This document shows, piece after piece, positions 29,871 to 47,375 of a stretch of DNA of 64,000 nt. Position 1 is the first letter of the stretch; every line of letters starts with the position of its first letter. Below the pieces are notes generated by a model. It made no database searches. It was not told the DNA's origin and was given only the letters and a program-made list of their open reading frames with translations. The stretch is from the human T2T-CHM13v2.0 reference genome, Homo sapiens. The position numbers and the translations under genes are program-made. The stretch lies in NCBI RefSeq assembly GCF_009914755.1, contig NC_060929.1; one strand, written 5' to 3'.

Positions 29871-32100
29871 AAAAACATAACACCAAAGAGGCTTTCCAAG
29901 GAAAAAGCATCAAAGACATTTCCTCTTCCTTGTCTTCCTGTTCTCATAAGTGTATATCATGTCTAGGTTTAATTTAGGGAAAGGAACAAATAAAGGAAGG
30001 GAGGAAACAGAAAAAATATAGTCAGAGAGTCCTAAACTACAAAAGCACTCTCATTCAGATGGCAGCAATAAAGTAATGTTCTGGGAGCTAATAAAACACT
30101 TCTGGCCTTGGTCATTTTTAATCTGCCATAAATCTCTAAAGATCAACTAGAAAGGATTTTTCCCTTCAAATTCCTATAGACTTAGATATCACAGTTTACC
30201 AAATCTTGGAAGTGTGAGGTCTGTGAAGGCCCCAAAGGTGTAGGCAAGGCCAAAGGAAGCAAAGTCAGGTCTTGGATTCTAATTGCCACATGGTAGTTCC
30301 ACAGTTTTTAATTGGCTGATCGCTAGATGGCTGTCAGTATCTTCATCTGTAAAAATGGAAGTGGCAAATGCATTCTATGGGTGTGAAGAGGCGATACAAT
30401 TTGTTGCAGCATAAACAAGAATTATGTAAATAATGCATTTGAATAGGTGCACATCCAGACAATGAAAGGCAGCTCTGGCGAGTCCTGTAAAAATGTCCTG
30501 ATTGCTTTTCCAACTGTGAGAACTTTTAGCATCTAAAGTTCAGGAGGATAATGAACTAGACTGCTCACAGCTGGGATGTGTGCATGTGCCTATTGTTATG
30601 ACTATACACAATGCTGAGAGCTCTGTGAGTTTTGGTTCAGACAGATAATTTAAATCACACCATTATGGTTTCCTTTCAACTTGACCATAAACTTCTTCCA
30701 GCCCTTCATGGGGCTGCTGCTTTCGCTGTCTACACCCAGTCTTTCACTCCAGTCCACTCTCAGGCAATGGCTGAATAACTTATCAGTTTTATAAGAGCAA
30801 GATCCTTCATTTCATTTTTTCACTTAATTTTTATTTCACTTTTAGAATCAAAGATACTGTTGCATTCATTTTAATCCTGCTCGGATGTGCACACTCTTCA
30901 ACTCCATCAGTGCACACACACATGCCCCACCCAGTCTCTGAAAGTGCATACTGTCTCAGAGGTGCCTTTTCTCGAGATGGGGTAGGATATTAAGAAGCAG
31001 GTTAGAACATCATGACGCATGGAACATTTTTAATCTAAGGTGAATGCTCTTGACATATTCAGACCTAATCTATTTCAGTAACTTCATGGTATGCAGGAGC
31101 AGTTAAGTTCCAGAGTGACAGATGTCATATGATTGCTTAAAGAGATAATTGATTTTAAATAGGTGGCCACTTTTTTATTTTTGGTGGCACTGAGTTGGCT
31201 CCTCTTAAAACATCCAGATAATACTTGGTGAGCATCACAAGGAGCCGAGAGGTCTGTACTAGTATCGGCTCCATTGCATGAAAAGGACTCATTAGAAATA
31301 GAAATGTGGGGGAGTGCCTCCTTATCCTCACTGTCCCTGAGCTGTCCTGCCCAGCAGGTGCCACCTCCTACTCAATTGCAAACAAGGAGCTCACAATAGT
31401 TCTCCAGCAGCAACTCTGTTGTCATAATCACCAAGAGATCATTGGAGCCCAGCAGCCCAAATGCCATTCTAAATTTGTAAAAGGCTCAGGTATACATCAG
31501 GTGGAGGTGATCCTGCAAAACTCAGAACATAGGCTCTGTAAACATGGGATGGGGGAAGCTCCAGATGTAACTAATAAAAATTGGCTGTGCAGAATCCCTC
31601 AAGGATGATGAGAACCTCATTGATGTAATCATTTGGGAGAGAGACAGGGTAATGATCCTGAGCAGATTTATCCATTCTCTTGAATAATCAGCTCACAAGG
31701 CTGTTATATTCTTCATAATATCCCTAGACCCATGCATCACTCCTTTTTATCTTTCATAAACTGTTAGTTGTTACTGTGTTTTAATACACTGTTTTAAAAC
31801 CGATTCGGCTACCTTATAGAGTCAGATACTACCAACCAGTGTCACAGACAAGCTTCTTAAACATTAATGTGTGCGTTTACTTAAAATTATTCAGAGTTCC
31901 ATAAAGCGGGATGAAAACAACCAGAGTATGTGTGAAGAGTTGTTTTGGTAACTTGCTTACTCTGTCACTATGACAAATTTTGCCATTTGGCCATTTTAGG
32001 GGCTTTTATTCTCTGTGCACAATTAACCAGCCAACTACCTTACTGTATTTTCTTGATTTATGGGGATATTTTGTCAATATTTTAATAATTTTGAAATCAG

Positions 32101-32417
<317 letters not shown>

Positions 32418-34929
32418 TTAAATAAAAAGCAATTTGTCAGCTCCAAAACCATAAGTTATGCTTTGTGGTAACTGCCTGAATACATGCAAATTTAACTGTG
32501 TATAAAGGTATCAGACCATGTATTATCACCTCTATTGAGATATTTGTAATTGCAGTACCACCTGTGGTTGAATTTTAATCAAAATTGTGATTCCCTAATT
32601 TCCATTTGAAATGCCTTAAAAATTAGTATAATCTAGCAGAAAAATGAGAAGTTATTAAGCACATTAGGTTGTCGTCTGCCAGGCAGTGCGAAAACAAGTA
32701 GTGGAAATCACCAGTCACTCAAAATAGAGCACAGAATTTCCAAAGCTTGGCAAGGGTGATAGGACACATTCAAATGCTGGTTAGGATTATCATCAAGGGA
32801 TTTTTCAGTGCCAGTGGTTTCTGACTGAAGTTAAAGAGAAGCTGTTTAAAATACCAGAATTGTATGTCAGTTAAACAACACCAACCAACCAACAAGTTCA
32901 AAAAAATAGGAAAAGCGAGTAAAAGCACATGTAGCCAAATGTTCATACTTAAATTCTAATGAGGCTAAGAACTTCAAGATTATGAACACAGGTTATAGTA
33001 AGTATAGAGTAAGTTTTAAAAGTGTCTTAAAATTAATGATGTATCTTAAAGTCCTATAAATAGGAATAGGAGAATGGAGTGAGAGTTCATTCATAACGCC
33101 TTGTTTGATAATGGTGGTGAAAATGAAAAGATTATAATCTCACTTTTAGTTTGGTATCCAAGATGAGCTGCTAATGTATTCTTTAGGGCAGGAATGACAA
33201 TATACTTCTTCTACTCCATATTTCATCTTTCTACATACATCTCAGTTGAGCTAACTGATCTCAAATTCCAGTAAAGATCCTTCATAGAGTTTCAGTGATG
33301 GCCCAGGGTTTGGTTAAGTAAGCAGAAGAAAATAAGGGCATCCTACATGTCCCATTCTTCTGTTGTCCTGAGTCTTTGACCAAACAACTAGAACAATTCA
33401 TAGGCATAGATTTTGTTTTTTAAAAAAATAATTTATGCCTTTGTGGAGGAGAATATGTGATCCTCTGCCACCCCTCCCATTTAAAATGCATATCTGAATG
33501 ACTGACGTATGTCTCCCAGCCCATTTGCTCATACATGGGGAAATCTACAGTCTCAATTTTCTAGGGGCAGTCCCAGAATGTGTCTGTTTCCAGGTGTCTA
33601 TTCTATTTTGGCATTTTCTCAGACAAAAGCTTCCCTGATTGAATAATGAATTATATGATGACTCTATTCATACATAATATCTAAGTAAACTAAAGAATTT
33701 TTAAAAATTAATCTTCAGCAGACACATGCCAATTCACTCAAATTCCTTATGTGGAGTCAACCAATTGCCCAGAGAAAATCTTAGATACAAATCTTACATA
33801 TCAACATTGCTTTCAAAGCAAAGGACATAAATACAAAACACTTAAATATTTCCAAAGCTTGGTCAAACTTTTGGTGATGAAATGTATACTTAGTTGCATG
33901 TTGTATGGAATTCAATTTAGTAGACAAGGTCAATTTCCATGAATCATTATCCAGATGCTCATTTCTTACAGCACTCAAAGGGTTCAGCCTTAACCTGACT
34001 GGGTGTGTATAAGACCAAGAACGCAAAGCAAGCCGGGATACCGAAGGTGGTGTAATCCAGCCTCACTCACTCCTTTAGATGACGCATGCATTGTTGAAAA
34101 AAGGCAACAATAGAGTGCAAATCTGTCATGTTCCTGCCTAAGGACACTAAATAAACAGCAATCGCAAGGCCCCAATACCGCTATTCCTTATAAAGAGGAT
34201 ATGCTTTCTTCTACATAAAACTATTAAAACAAAATACTCTCCTATCAACAGTAATATCAGCAAGGTATCTTGTTGTACATGAATCCATTTCTAAACAGAA
34301 ACTCTTATCTGGAGCAACTAGTGTTGCTCTAATCTAGATTACTCTGTATGGAAGAGAGGAAGAGAAGAGCAAAGGCCTCACATTGTTCCATGGATTTCAT
34401 TTATCTTAGTGATATCATCACTTTGCTGGCAATCATTTCTCTCGGCACAAAATTAAATTTTAGTAACGCATTTCTGTCTTTTGTCACTGAGGTAATTTCA
34501 TTTGCATGCACTTGCTCTTTTCCTGATTCACATAGCTTTGTTTTATCAATGAGTTTGGGTGGGTAATTGTTTGTTTCAGAATTTTTCTCCTACCTTTTAT
34601 CCCATCACCACCTATGATAACTAGAACTTAAAAATTGTACGTTACTGGCAAATCGTAGACATGCTGATTTTGTTTAAGTGGGTAGCTGGTGTTTGAAGAA
34701 CGCAAGTTCACTCACTACTCCCTTCCCTCTAGAGAAAAAGCTGAGTTGCATGCAAACAGAGCCAAACCTCCAACCTCTCACCCTTTCTCAGTTCCAGATC
34801 CTTCAGATTGACTTTTGCTCCTTGCCCAGATCAGTACATGGGCCCTCTGAGCAGGATTGGAAAGACGTAGACAGGACAAGGATAGGCAATTCTGCACTAA
34901 CGTGCCTCAGAATTTTGGCCTCTCCCTCT

Positions 34930-35013
34930 CCCACCCTGTCCCCACCCTTCACATCCCCACCCTTCACATCCCCCACCCTTCACATATATAACCCCACCCT
35001 TCACATCCACCCT
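34930..35013. repeat. Short minisatellite, unit CCCACCCTTCACAT
   Basis: Four full copies plus partial CCACCCT flanks. Confidence 0.9.
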
Positions 35014-36242
35014 GGCTTGGCATTTTTAATGTCTGTGGGATTTTCCATTGCTCATACGGCTGATACAGAACTATTAAGTATCTGCCAATGCCCTCATACC
35101 CTAAAAGGGCTTACGAATCAAATTCAGAAATGGGTAGTAGAAAGGGAGTTCCCCTCTTCACTGAAAAGCCATTTTATAAAATAGAATTAGATGCCCCTAA
35201 AGGACTTTTTAAATACAGAATTCTAGTTAGTAAGGTGGCTGTAAATTTTCCATTCTCCTCTTTCATCCTCAAATAAGCATGCAAGATGGGTAGGACTCCA
35301 ACGTCTCTTAAGAATTTTTCAATTTGAAGATGTATTGACGCTCATACATTTTCTACACAGTAAGTTTTTTTTTCTGAGCATCTGATTATGCTAGATAGTG
35401 TTGAAGATATTATAATTTTGATCTAAGCCTGGTATCTAAAAAAATAGTTTTAGACATTTAGACTAGAACCAAGAAAGGTAGAACTTAACTTCTTCATGTC
35501 TTGTTTGTACAATAAAGCTCATGCTGGATATGTCCCTTGCCTATCATGATGAAAAATGAAGAACTTCTGAGCTGTGGTTATTCAGTAATAGATTTTGCCC
35601 TGTATTTCTGCTAAATAGGAGAACCAAAAGCCACTTTCCAAAAGGCATGAGACAAGAATGGATACCTACAATAGGAAAAGAATTCCTCCTTTGAGGGTAA
35701 TTATACCAGATATACCACATTCCTTGGCCTAACACTGGTGGAAGATTTTAGGGGTGGTTCTTAGAGCATATGTACTTCTTGAACTAGATTCCTTTAACTA
35801 TAGGTCTCTTAATACAAGCTTTGCTCAAGAAGGCATGGCGCTACATTCCAAATCCTTAGAAAATCCAGATTCTCTCCAAATAGAAATGTGTTGATTTCAG
35901 ATGTATTCCTCTTGGAATCTAACATTTCTTTTTCTTGGAAAAAAAATTAGATGCTGTAATCAAAGTTTCAAGATATTATATCTGGAATTGAAATAAGCAT
36001 GCTATTCTAAAATGCTGATTTAAAAAAAATTGCAAACTTGGGTTTATTGTGATTGTATTCTACATTTAAAGCTTTAACCTAAGTAGACCTGCTCTAGTAA
36101 TTGAGAATTTCTCTTAAAAAAGTTATAATTATCATTACAAAATTGGAAAAAAATACAGTTTTTAGGGGAATAGGTACTTATTTTCTTCCTAAAACATTTG
36201 AAATGAACTCACCTTACTTATTGTAACAGGAATTCTAAATTA

Positions 36243-36402
36243 GGATTTCTCAACATCAGCATGATTGACATTTTGGGTTGAATAACTTTTTTTTGTACCT
36301 GTGCATTGGAGAATACTCAGCAGCATCCTTCACCTCTACCCATGAGATGTCAGTAACACAACGCCCTGCCCCCATCAGATGCAACTATCAAAACTGTCTG
36401 CA
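36243..36402. mobile_element. MER20 (hAT) fragment
   Basis: TTTCTCAACATCAGCATGATTGACATTTTGG...CAGCAGCATCC...CTCTACCCA...GATGTCAGTA. Confidence 0.75.
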
Positions 36403-37635
36403 GCAATCAACATGGTGGATATGATAATAATGTATTGCGTGGGGCATTATGTAAGCACAGAGGATGGATGAAGACAGACAAAAAGCTAGGGAGAACAGAA
36501 TTAGGTAGGGCATAGAGGCAAGAAATGGCGTGATATGAATATTAGTATTCAGTGTGACTGGTATCTAAAGGTCATGGCCAAGAGTAGTAACAGATAAGGA
36601 CCAAATCGTGAAAGGCAAACTTCTGTTTTCTTCTTGAGAAATAAATTTACCTCATACACACACCTTAGTCGCAGCATTTAAAAAGCATCACATAAAAGAA
36701 TGTGTTTAAGTAAGTGTTGCAATAGAATACCAGGAGCATATTTGTAGAAGATGAATTAAGTCATATTTATGGATCAAGTATATTCCTTTGCCCAAACACA
36801 TTTAATTAAATTATTTTTCCCCAATGTTGAAAATGCATTGATTTATTTGAAATCCATTTAGCATATGCCCAAACCCTCACTTCATCATAAATCCTTGCCC
36901 CAGATATTTTTTTTTCTCAACAGGTGTATTGGCATCTTTGTTAATTTCTAGCTATGCTTGGTATTACATCAAATCCTGGCTTTGACTGAGCAGTGCCTGA
37001 GAGAAGTGATTTATCCATCTGCATTCTATTTCAGGCAGAGCCATTGACTCACAGAGTGAGACACTTGACCTACTTGTGGCTCACTTAAGTCCAGCAGGAG
37101 AACTGTAAAAGCTCGGCCCTCTGATTCCAACAGCATCAGCACTGACATTTCCTGGTAAAAAGAAGATTTAAATTTAAATCAAATAGGGCTCCAACGTCAC
37201 CGTTTTGTTATTTTCTCCCGGGTGAGTTAGTCCTGTGGCAGGATTGTTAAAGCAAGTAAAGCTTCAAAATGCACAACAGGAAGCAGAGTTTGTGAGATTC
37301 TGAAACAGCCTTCCTTTTTTCTCCACCAAAATTAAACCCTTGATAGGAGAATGGGGTCTACTCTTGGTCTCCTCCTTTGTTGAAAGATATGGGAAAACCA
37401 TTCAGTTTCACAAATATTTATTACATCCACACTGAGCTAAGTGCTTCACTATGAATATAACCTAATAGATCAAAAGTTGACTAAGACCTGATAAAGTGGA
37501 GGATCCAAGTAAAGAGACAGGTCATTTTGAATCATTGTAATAAATGTACAACTGAGGGAAACACAAAAAGGAACTAGCTAAGCCAGCGGGGGTAGTTTGA
37601 AGGGAAGAATCTTTAGGAAAGAGAGGCAAAGCATC

Positions 37636-38002
37636 TGTATTAGTCTGTTTGCATGCTGCTAATAAAGACATACCTGAGACTGGGTAATTTATAAAGAAAA
37701 AGAGGTTTAATGGACTCACAGTTCCACATGGCTGGGAAGGCCTCACAATCATGGCGGAAGGCAAGGAGGAGCAAGTCACATCTTAACATGGCAGCAGACA
37801 AGAGAGAATGAGAGCCAAGCAAAACGAGTTTCCCCTAAACCATCAGATCTTGTGAGACTTATTCACTACCATGAGAGCATTATGGGGGAAACTGCCCCCA
37901 TGATTCAATTATCTCCCACCAGGTCCCTCCCACAACATGTGGGAAGTATGGGAGCTACAATTCAAGATGAGATTTGGGTAGGGATGCAACCAAAGCAGGT
38001 CA
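37636..38002 (-). mobile_element. THE1B/C (MaLR) solo LTR
   Basis: TG...CA termini, THE1 body; 5-bp TSD GCATC at 37631-37635 and 38003-38007. Confidence 0.93.
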
Positions 38003-39054
38003 GCATCCTAGAAGAAATACTTTGTGAGTTGACCCTGCAAAGGTGATAGGTCATTAACCAGGTAAAGAAGAGGGGAAAAGTTCTGATGGAGAGAAGAACC
38101 AGCAATGGGACAGCAATGAAAAGCTGCAGAGCATGTGCAGAAGATTAAGCTGAACTTGAGGAAAGCATGGTAGGTAGGGAATGATGTTGGAGGGTCCCTA
38201 ATAAGGAATGGTGCTTTATCCCATAGGTACTAGGGAGGTACTGAAGGGCTCTAAGAAGTTTATGATAAAGACAGATTAGTGTTTTAGAGCAATCATTATA
38301 GGAGCTGGGTGGGAAATTTATTTAAAAGTGATACAACTAGAAGTAAGGACACTAGTTAGTAGTTTGTTACAGCTGTGCAGGTGAGGGATGAGACAGGACT
38401 GAACGCACAAAGTGACAGTGTGAATAATGGGATGATGGGAACAGTTTTGAGAAATATTAAGGCAGCCTGGCTTCATGACAGGATAATCTTTAAGATTTAG
38501 AGACTTATTAGGAGAAAAGTTGGAAAAAGGACTTCTAATTGAAGTTGTTATAATTATTCTACCTGAAAAATAACAGTCCATAACATGAGGTAAGCATTCA
38601 GTAAACACCCAGGAGTTAAAATAAAATAACTCAGGGGTGGGGGTGGGGCAAAGCTGGGGAAAAAGAATAAGGAACTATAATATAGGAGTTTTTAAAAGAT
38701 AGAAGTTAAAAAAAGGAGAAAAACTACATACTGGAAGTAAGTCCATACCAGTGATACAAATACGATTTTTACTATACTTGCCAAATATATAAATGTGTGG
38801 CATGAGTGCAAAGCTTGCTCCTGGTTCATATGGAAATGGAACAGTATTGTGCCTATTAAAAGCCTGTGCACAGGGTAGGGCTTAGTACATGTGCACTGAC
38901 TAAAAGACTGAATCCAAATTATTAAACCAGAGAGAGAAAAAGATGAAAATATGTTCACAGGGAAACAGCCTAAATAGCAATAAGGTTGGAGAAAGATTTA
39001 AAAAAACATTTCTCAATAATGAGGATTATCAGACATTGAAAAATGGGAGTCACT

Positions 39055-39990
39055 TTAGTACAGTGATCAAGAGCTGGGATACTAGAACCCTGCTGCCTGG
39101 ATTGGAATCCCGATTCTACAAGTTACTTGCTATATTAACCTGGGCAACTTCTTTTTTTTTTTTTTAATTAATTTTTCCCTTGTGTTTTTAGTTGACACTT
39201 AATGATTATTCATATTTATGGGATACAGAGTGATACTTCCATATGTGTATACAACAGGTAATCCTCATATTAGGCTAATTGGTATGTCTTATCACCACAA
39301 ATATTTACCATTTCTTTGTGTTGTGAACATTCAAAATTCTCTCCTCTAGCTTTTTGAAAATATACGATACAATTAACCATATTCACCTTACACTCCCTCA
39401 GAACACCCGAACTCATACCTCCTATATAGCTGTAATTTTATATTCATTAACCAATTTCTCCCCATTCTCCCATCCCCACTTCCCTTTCCAGCCTCTAATA
39501 CAATTCTACTCTCTACTTCCATTCGCTCAAAATTTTTGTAGAAGAATGAAACTAGACCCTTATCTCTCACCATATAAAAAAATCAAGATGGATGGGTTAA
39601 AGACATAAATGTAAGAACTAAATCTGTAAATCATTAAAAGAAAACAAGGAGAAATGTTTCAGGACAAAGATTTTAATGTGTAAGACTTCAAAAGCACAGA
39701 CAATAATAACAAAAATAGACCAATCAGACTATATTAAACTAAAAATCTTTTGCACAGCAAAGGAAACAATCAACAAAGTGAAGAGACAACCTGTAGAATA
39801 AGAGAAAACCTTGGACAACTTCTTTAACGACACTGAGCCTCAGCTTCCCCATACGTAAAATGGGGGAAAACATTAGGGTAGTCTCTATCAGAAGGGGCTG
39901 TGTGAGAATTAAATGAGTTTGTACATATAAAATGTTCAGAACAGTGTCTGGTACAAAGCAAGCATTAATTAATCTTGGCTGCTATTAATA
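39055..39990 (+). mobile_element. MIR split by an L1 insertion
   Basis: Left half (CTGCCTGGATTGGAATCCC...ACCTGGGCAA) resumes after 39825 (CTGAGCCTCAGCTTCCCCATACGTAAAATGGGG...GTGAGAATTAAATGAG). Confidence 0.8.
39155..39806 (-). mobile_element. L1MA insertion with 5' inversion (twin priming)
   Basis: Poly-T plus L1MA 3'UTR on minus strand (39155-39536) joined to plus-strand ORF2 sequence (39537-39806); TSD AACCTGGGCAACTTCTTT/AACCTTGGACAACTTCTTT. Confidence 0.85.
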
Positions 39991-40021
39991 TTATAGAGCT
40001 GGAATTTGTTGAAGATGATAA

Positions 40022-40654
40022 TGTCAGAGGTGTTTGAACCAGAGTGGCTCCATCTTGTATATGGGCTGAGTAAAATAAGTCTGATACCTACCGGGCAGCC
40101 TTCCCAGGGGATTAAGGCATTTTAATTACAGGATGAGATAGGAGGTCGGCACAAGATACAGGTCATAAAGACCTTGCTGATAAAACAGGTTGCAGTAAAG
40201 AAGCTGGCCAAAACCCACTAAAACCGAGATGGTGGTGAGAGTGACCTCTGGTTGTCCTCACTGCTCGTTATACTTTAATCATACTGCATTAGAATGCTAA
40301 AAGACACTCCCACCAGTGCCATGACAGTTTGAAAACACCATGGCAACATCAGGAAGCTACGCTATATGATCTAAAAACAGGGGGAATCCTCAGTTCTGGG
40401 AATTGCCCACCCCTTTCCTGGAAAACTCATGAATAAGCCACACCCTGTTTAGCATATAATCAGGAAATAACTGTAGAAATGGACAGCCAGCAGCCCTCAG
40501 GGATGTTCTGCCTATGGAGTAGCCAATCTTTATGCCTTTACTTTCTTAATAAGCTTGCTTTCACTTTACTCTATGGTCTTCTCCTGAATTATTTCTTGCA
40601 TGAGATCCAAGAACCCTCTCCTGGGGTCTGGATTGGGACCACTTTCTGGTAATA
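40022..40654 (+). mobile_element. MER41B solo LTR (ERV1)
   Basis: Starts TGTCAGAGGTGTTTGAACCAGAG, MER41B body, ends TTTCTGGTAATA; 4-bp TSD ATAA at 40018-40021 and 40655-40658. Confidence 0.93.
40394..40423. promoter_or_regulatory. Tandem GAS (STAT1) motifs in MER41B
   Basis: TTCTGGGAA (40394-40402) and TTCCTGGAA (40415-40423), both matching TTCNNNGAA; activity not shown. Confidence 0.7.
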
Positions 40655-42187
40655 ATAATACTTCTTGTTGTTGCTGTTGTTATTGGTTGTTTTTTTTTTT
40701 TTCAGGGGTGTGGGGGATAGGAATATACTTCTGTTCTTCTTGGGGATCAAGCCAGTGGTTTTGAGAACCCTATTATTCTAAGGAATTGATTTATAAAGAA
40801 AGTCATCTGACAATCTCACCCATTACTTCCAGTCACAAGGTACAGATATTTTGAAGTGACAGGCACCCCACCAGGACTGCTATTGCTTACAGCAGGGCCC
40901 CTGATGCAAGAGAGGCCACTTGTTCCTCGGTAGGAAATCTACTTCCTTCCCAGGCATTTTTGCAATTGAAGCTATAGGACAGAGAAGGGTTAGGAGCCAT
41001 TGTTTGTAGGTGCCTTGGTTTTTTGAAAAGACGACGTGGTATTCCTCCAAACAGCCAATCCAAATACAATCACCATAGTTTTGTTGAATTGGACTTAGCC
41101 CAATTTAGCTCAGTGTCAAGAAAAGATCATTTTTGGCAGCTTCAGAGTACAAAATATTAGGACATACAAGACTAATTTTAATTCTATTACATGGAATTTG
41201 CATATTATTATTTGCCTTTGAAATGAGCCCTGGAAATGGCTGCCAGACACATGCAAATAACCCAGTTCAGTGAGATTATTTCTCCTCCGAAAGATCATCA
41301 ACACAAGTGTTTGCTTTAGTGATTGTAATTATCTTAAAAGAAGCAATGATGGGAATGAAAGCAGACATTTTGTGGCATTTACAATCCACAACGCGAGATA
41401 AATTATGTTTTCTTTCTAATGGGCCCTTTTAAACATAGGAAAAACAGGCGAATACACATTTCCAGCTGCAATTTGCCTTCGCAGGTACATGCTTCAATTA
41501 ATGCAGCTAGAGAAACACCTTTAAATAATGAGATTTTAGTAATGAACCAACTGCTTCTTTTGGCACCAGATGTAATTAAAGATGCTGATTGAAAATGCAA
41601 TTTTCTGTGGACTGCACTCCTTTCTTTCAAGTACTTACCAACTGTGGTGCTTTAAGAAGCTGAAAGCTGAAGAGGTCCATACTTAACCATAAAACGTGAT
41701 ATTCTAAATTCTACTAAAGCTTTAGGGTGTGTGTGCATGTGTAGTGTGATTTGTATTTAGCTTATAGTAGTATCAAGTAGGATACTTCCTTTTACTATAT
41801 TCTTTGGGAGGCTAGGGAGACTATCACGGGGCAAAAAAAAAGAAAAGGGAAACTCAAACTTAAGAGTTTCCACAAATGTAGATATGTGTGTGCATGTGTA
41901 CTACTTGCTCCTAATAAGTTAGGCACTCCAATAGACCATCAAAGCAAAGACATTTTATACAGTTTTTTTAAATTTTATTATTATTATACTTTAAGTTTTA
42001 GGGTACATGTGCACAACGTGCAGGTTTGTTACATATGTATACATGTGCCATGTTGGTGTGCTCCATCCATTAACTCATCATTTAGCATTAGGTATATCTC
42101 CTAATGTTATCCCTCCGCTCTACCCCAACCCCACAACAGTCCCCGGTGTGTAATGTTCCCCTTCCTGTGTCCATGTGTTCTCATAGT

Positions 42188-46010
<3,823 letters not shown>

Positions 46011-46073
46011 TATGATGTTAGCTGGTTATTTTGCTCGTTAGTTGATGCAGTTTCTTCCTAGCCTTGATGGTGT

Positions 46074-47375
<1,302 letters not shown>

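Noticed and set aside
34678-35184. 168-aa ORF, the longest outside L1
   Set aside because: GTG start, no recognisable domain, and partly built from the CCCACCCTTCACAT minisatellite (PPFTS repeats).
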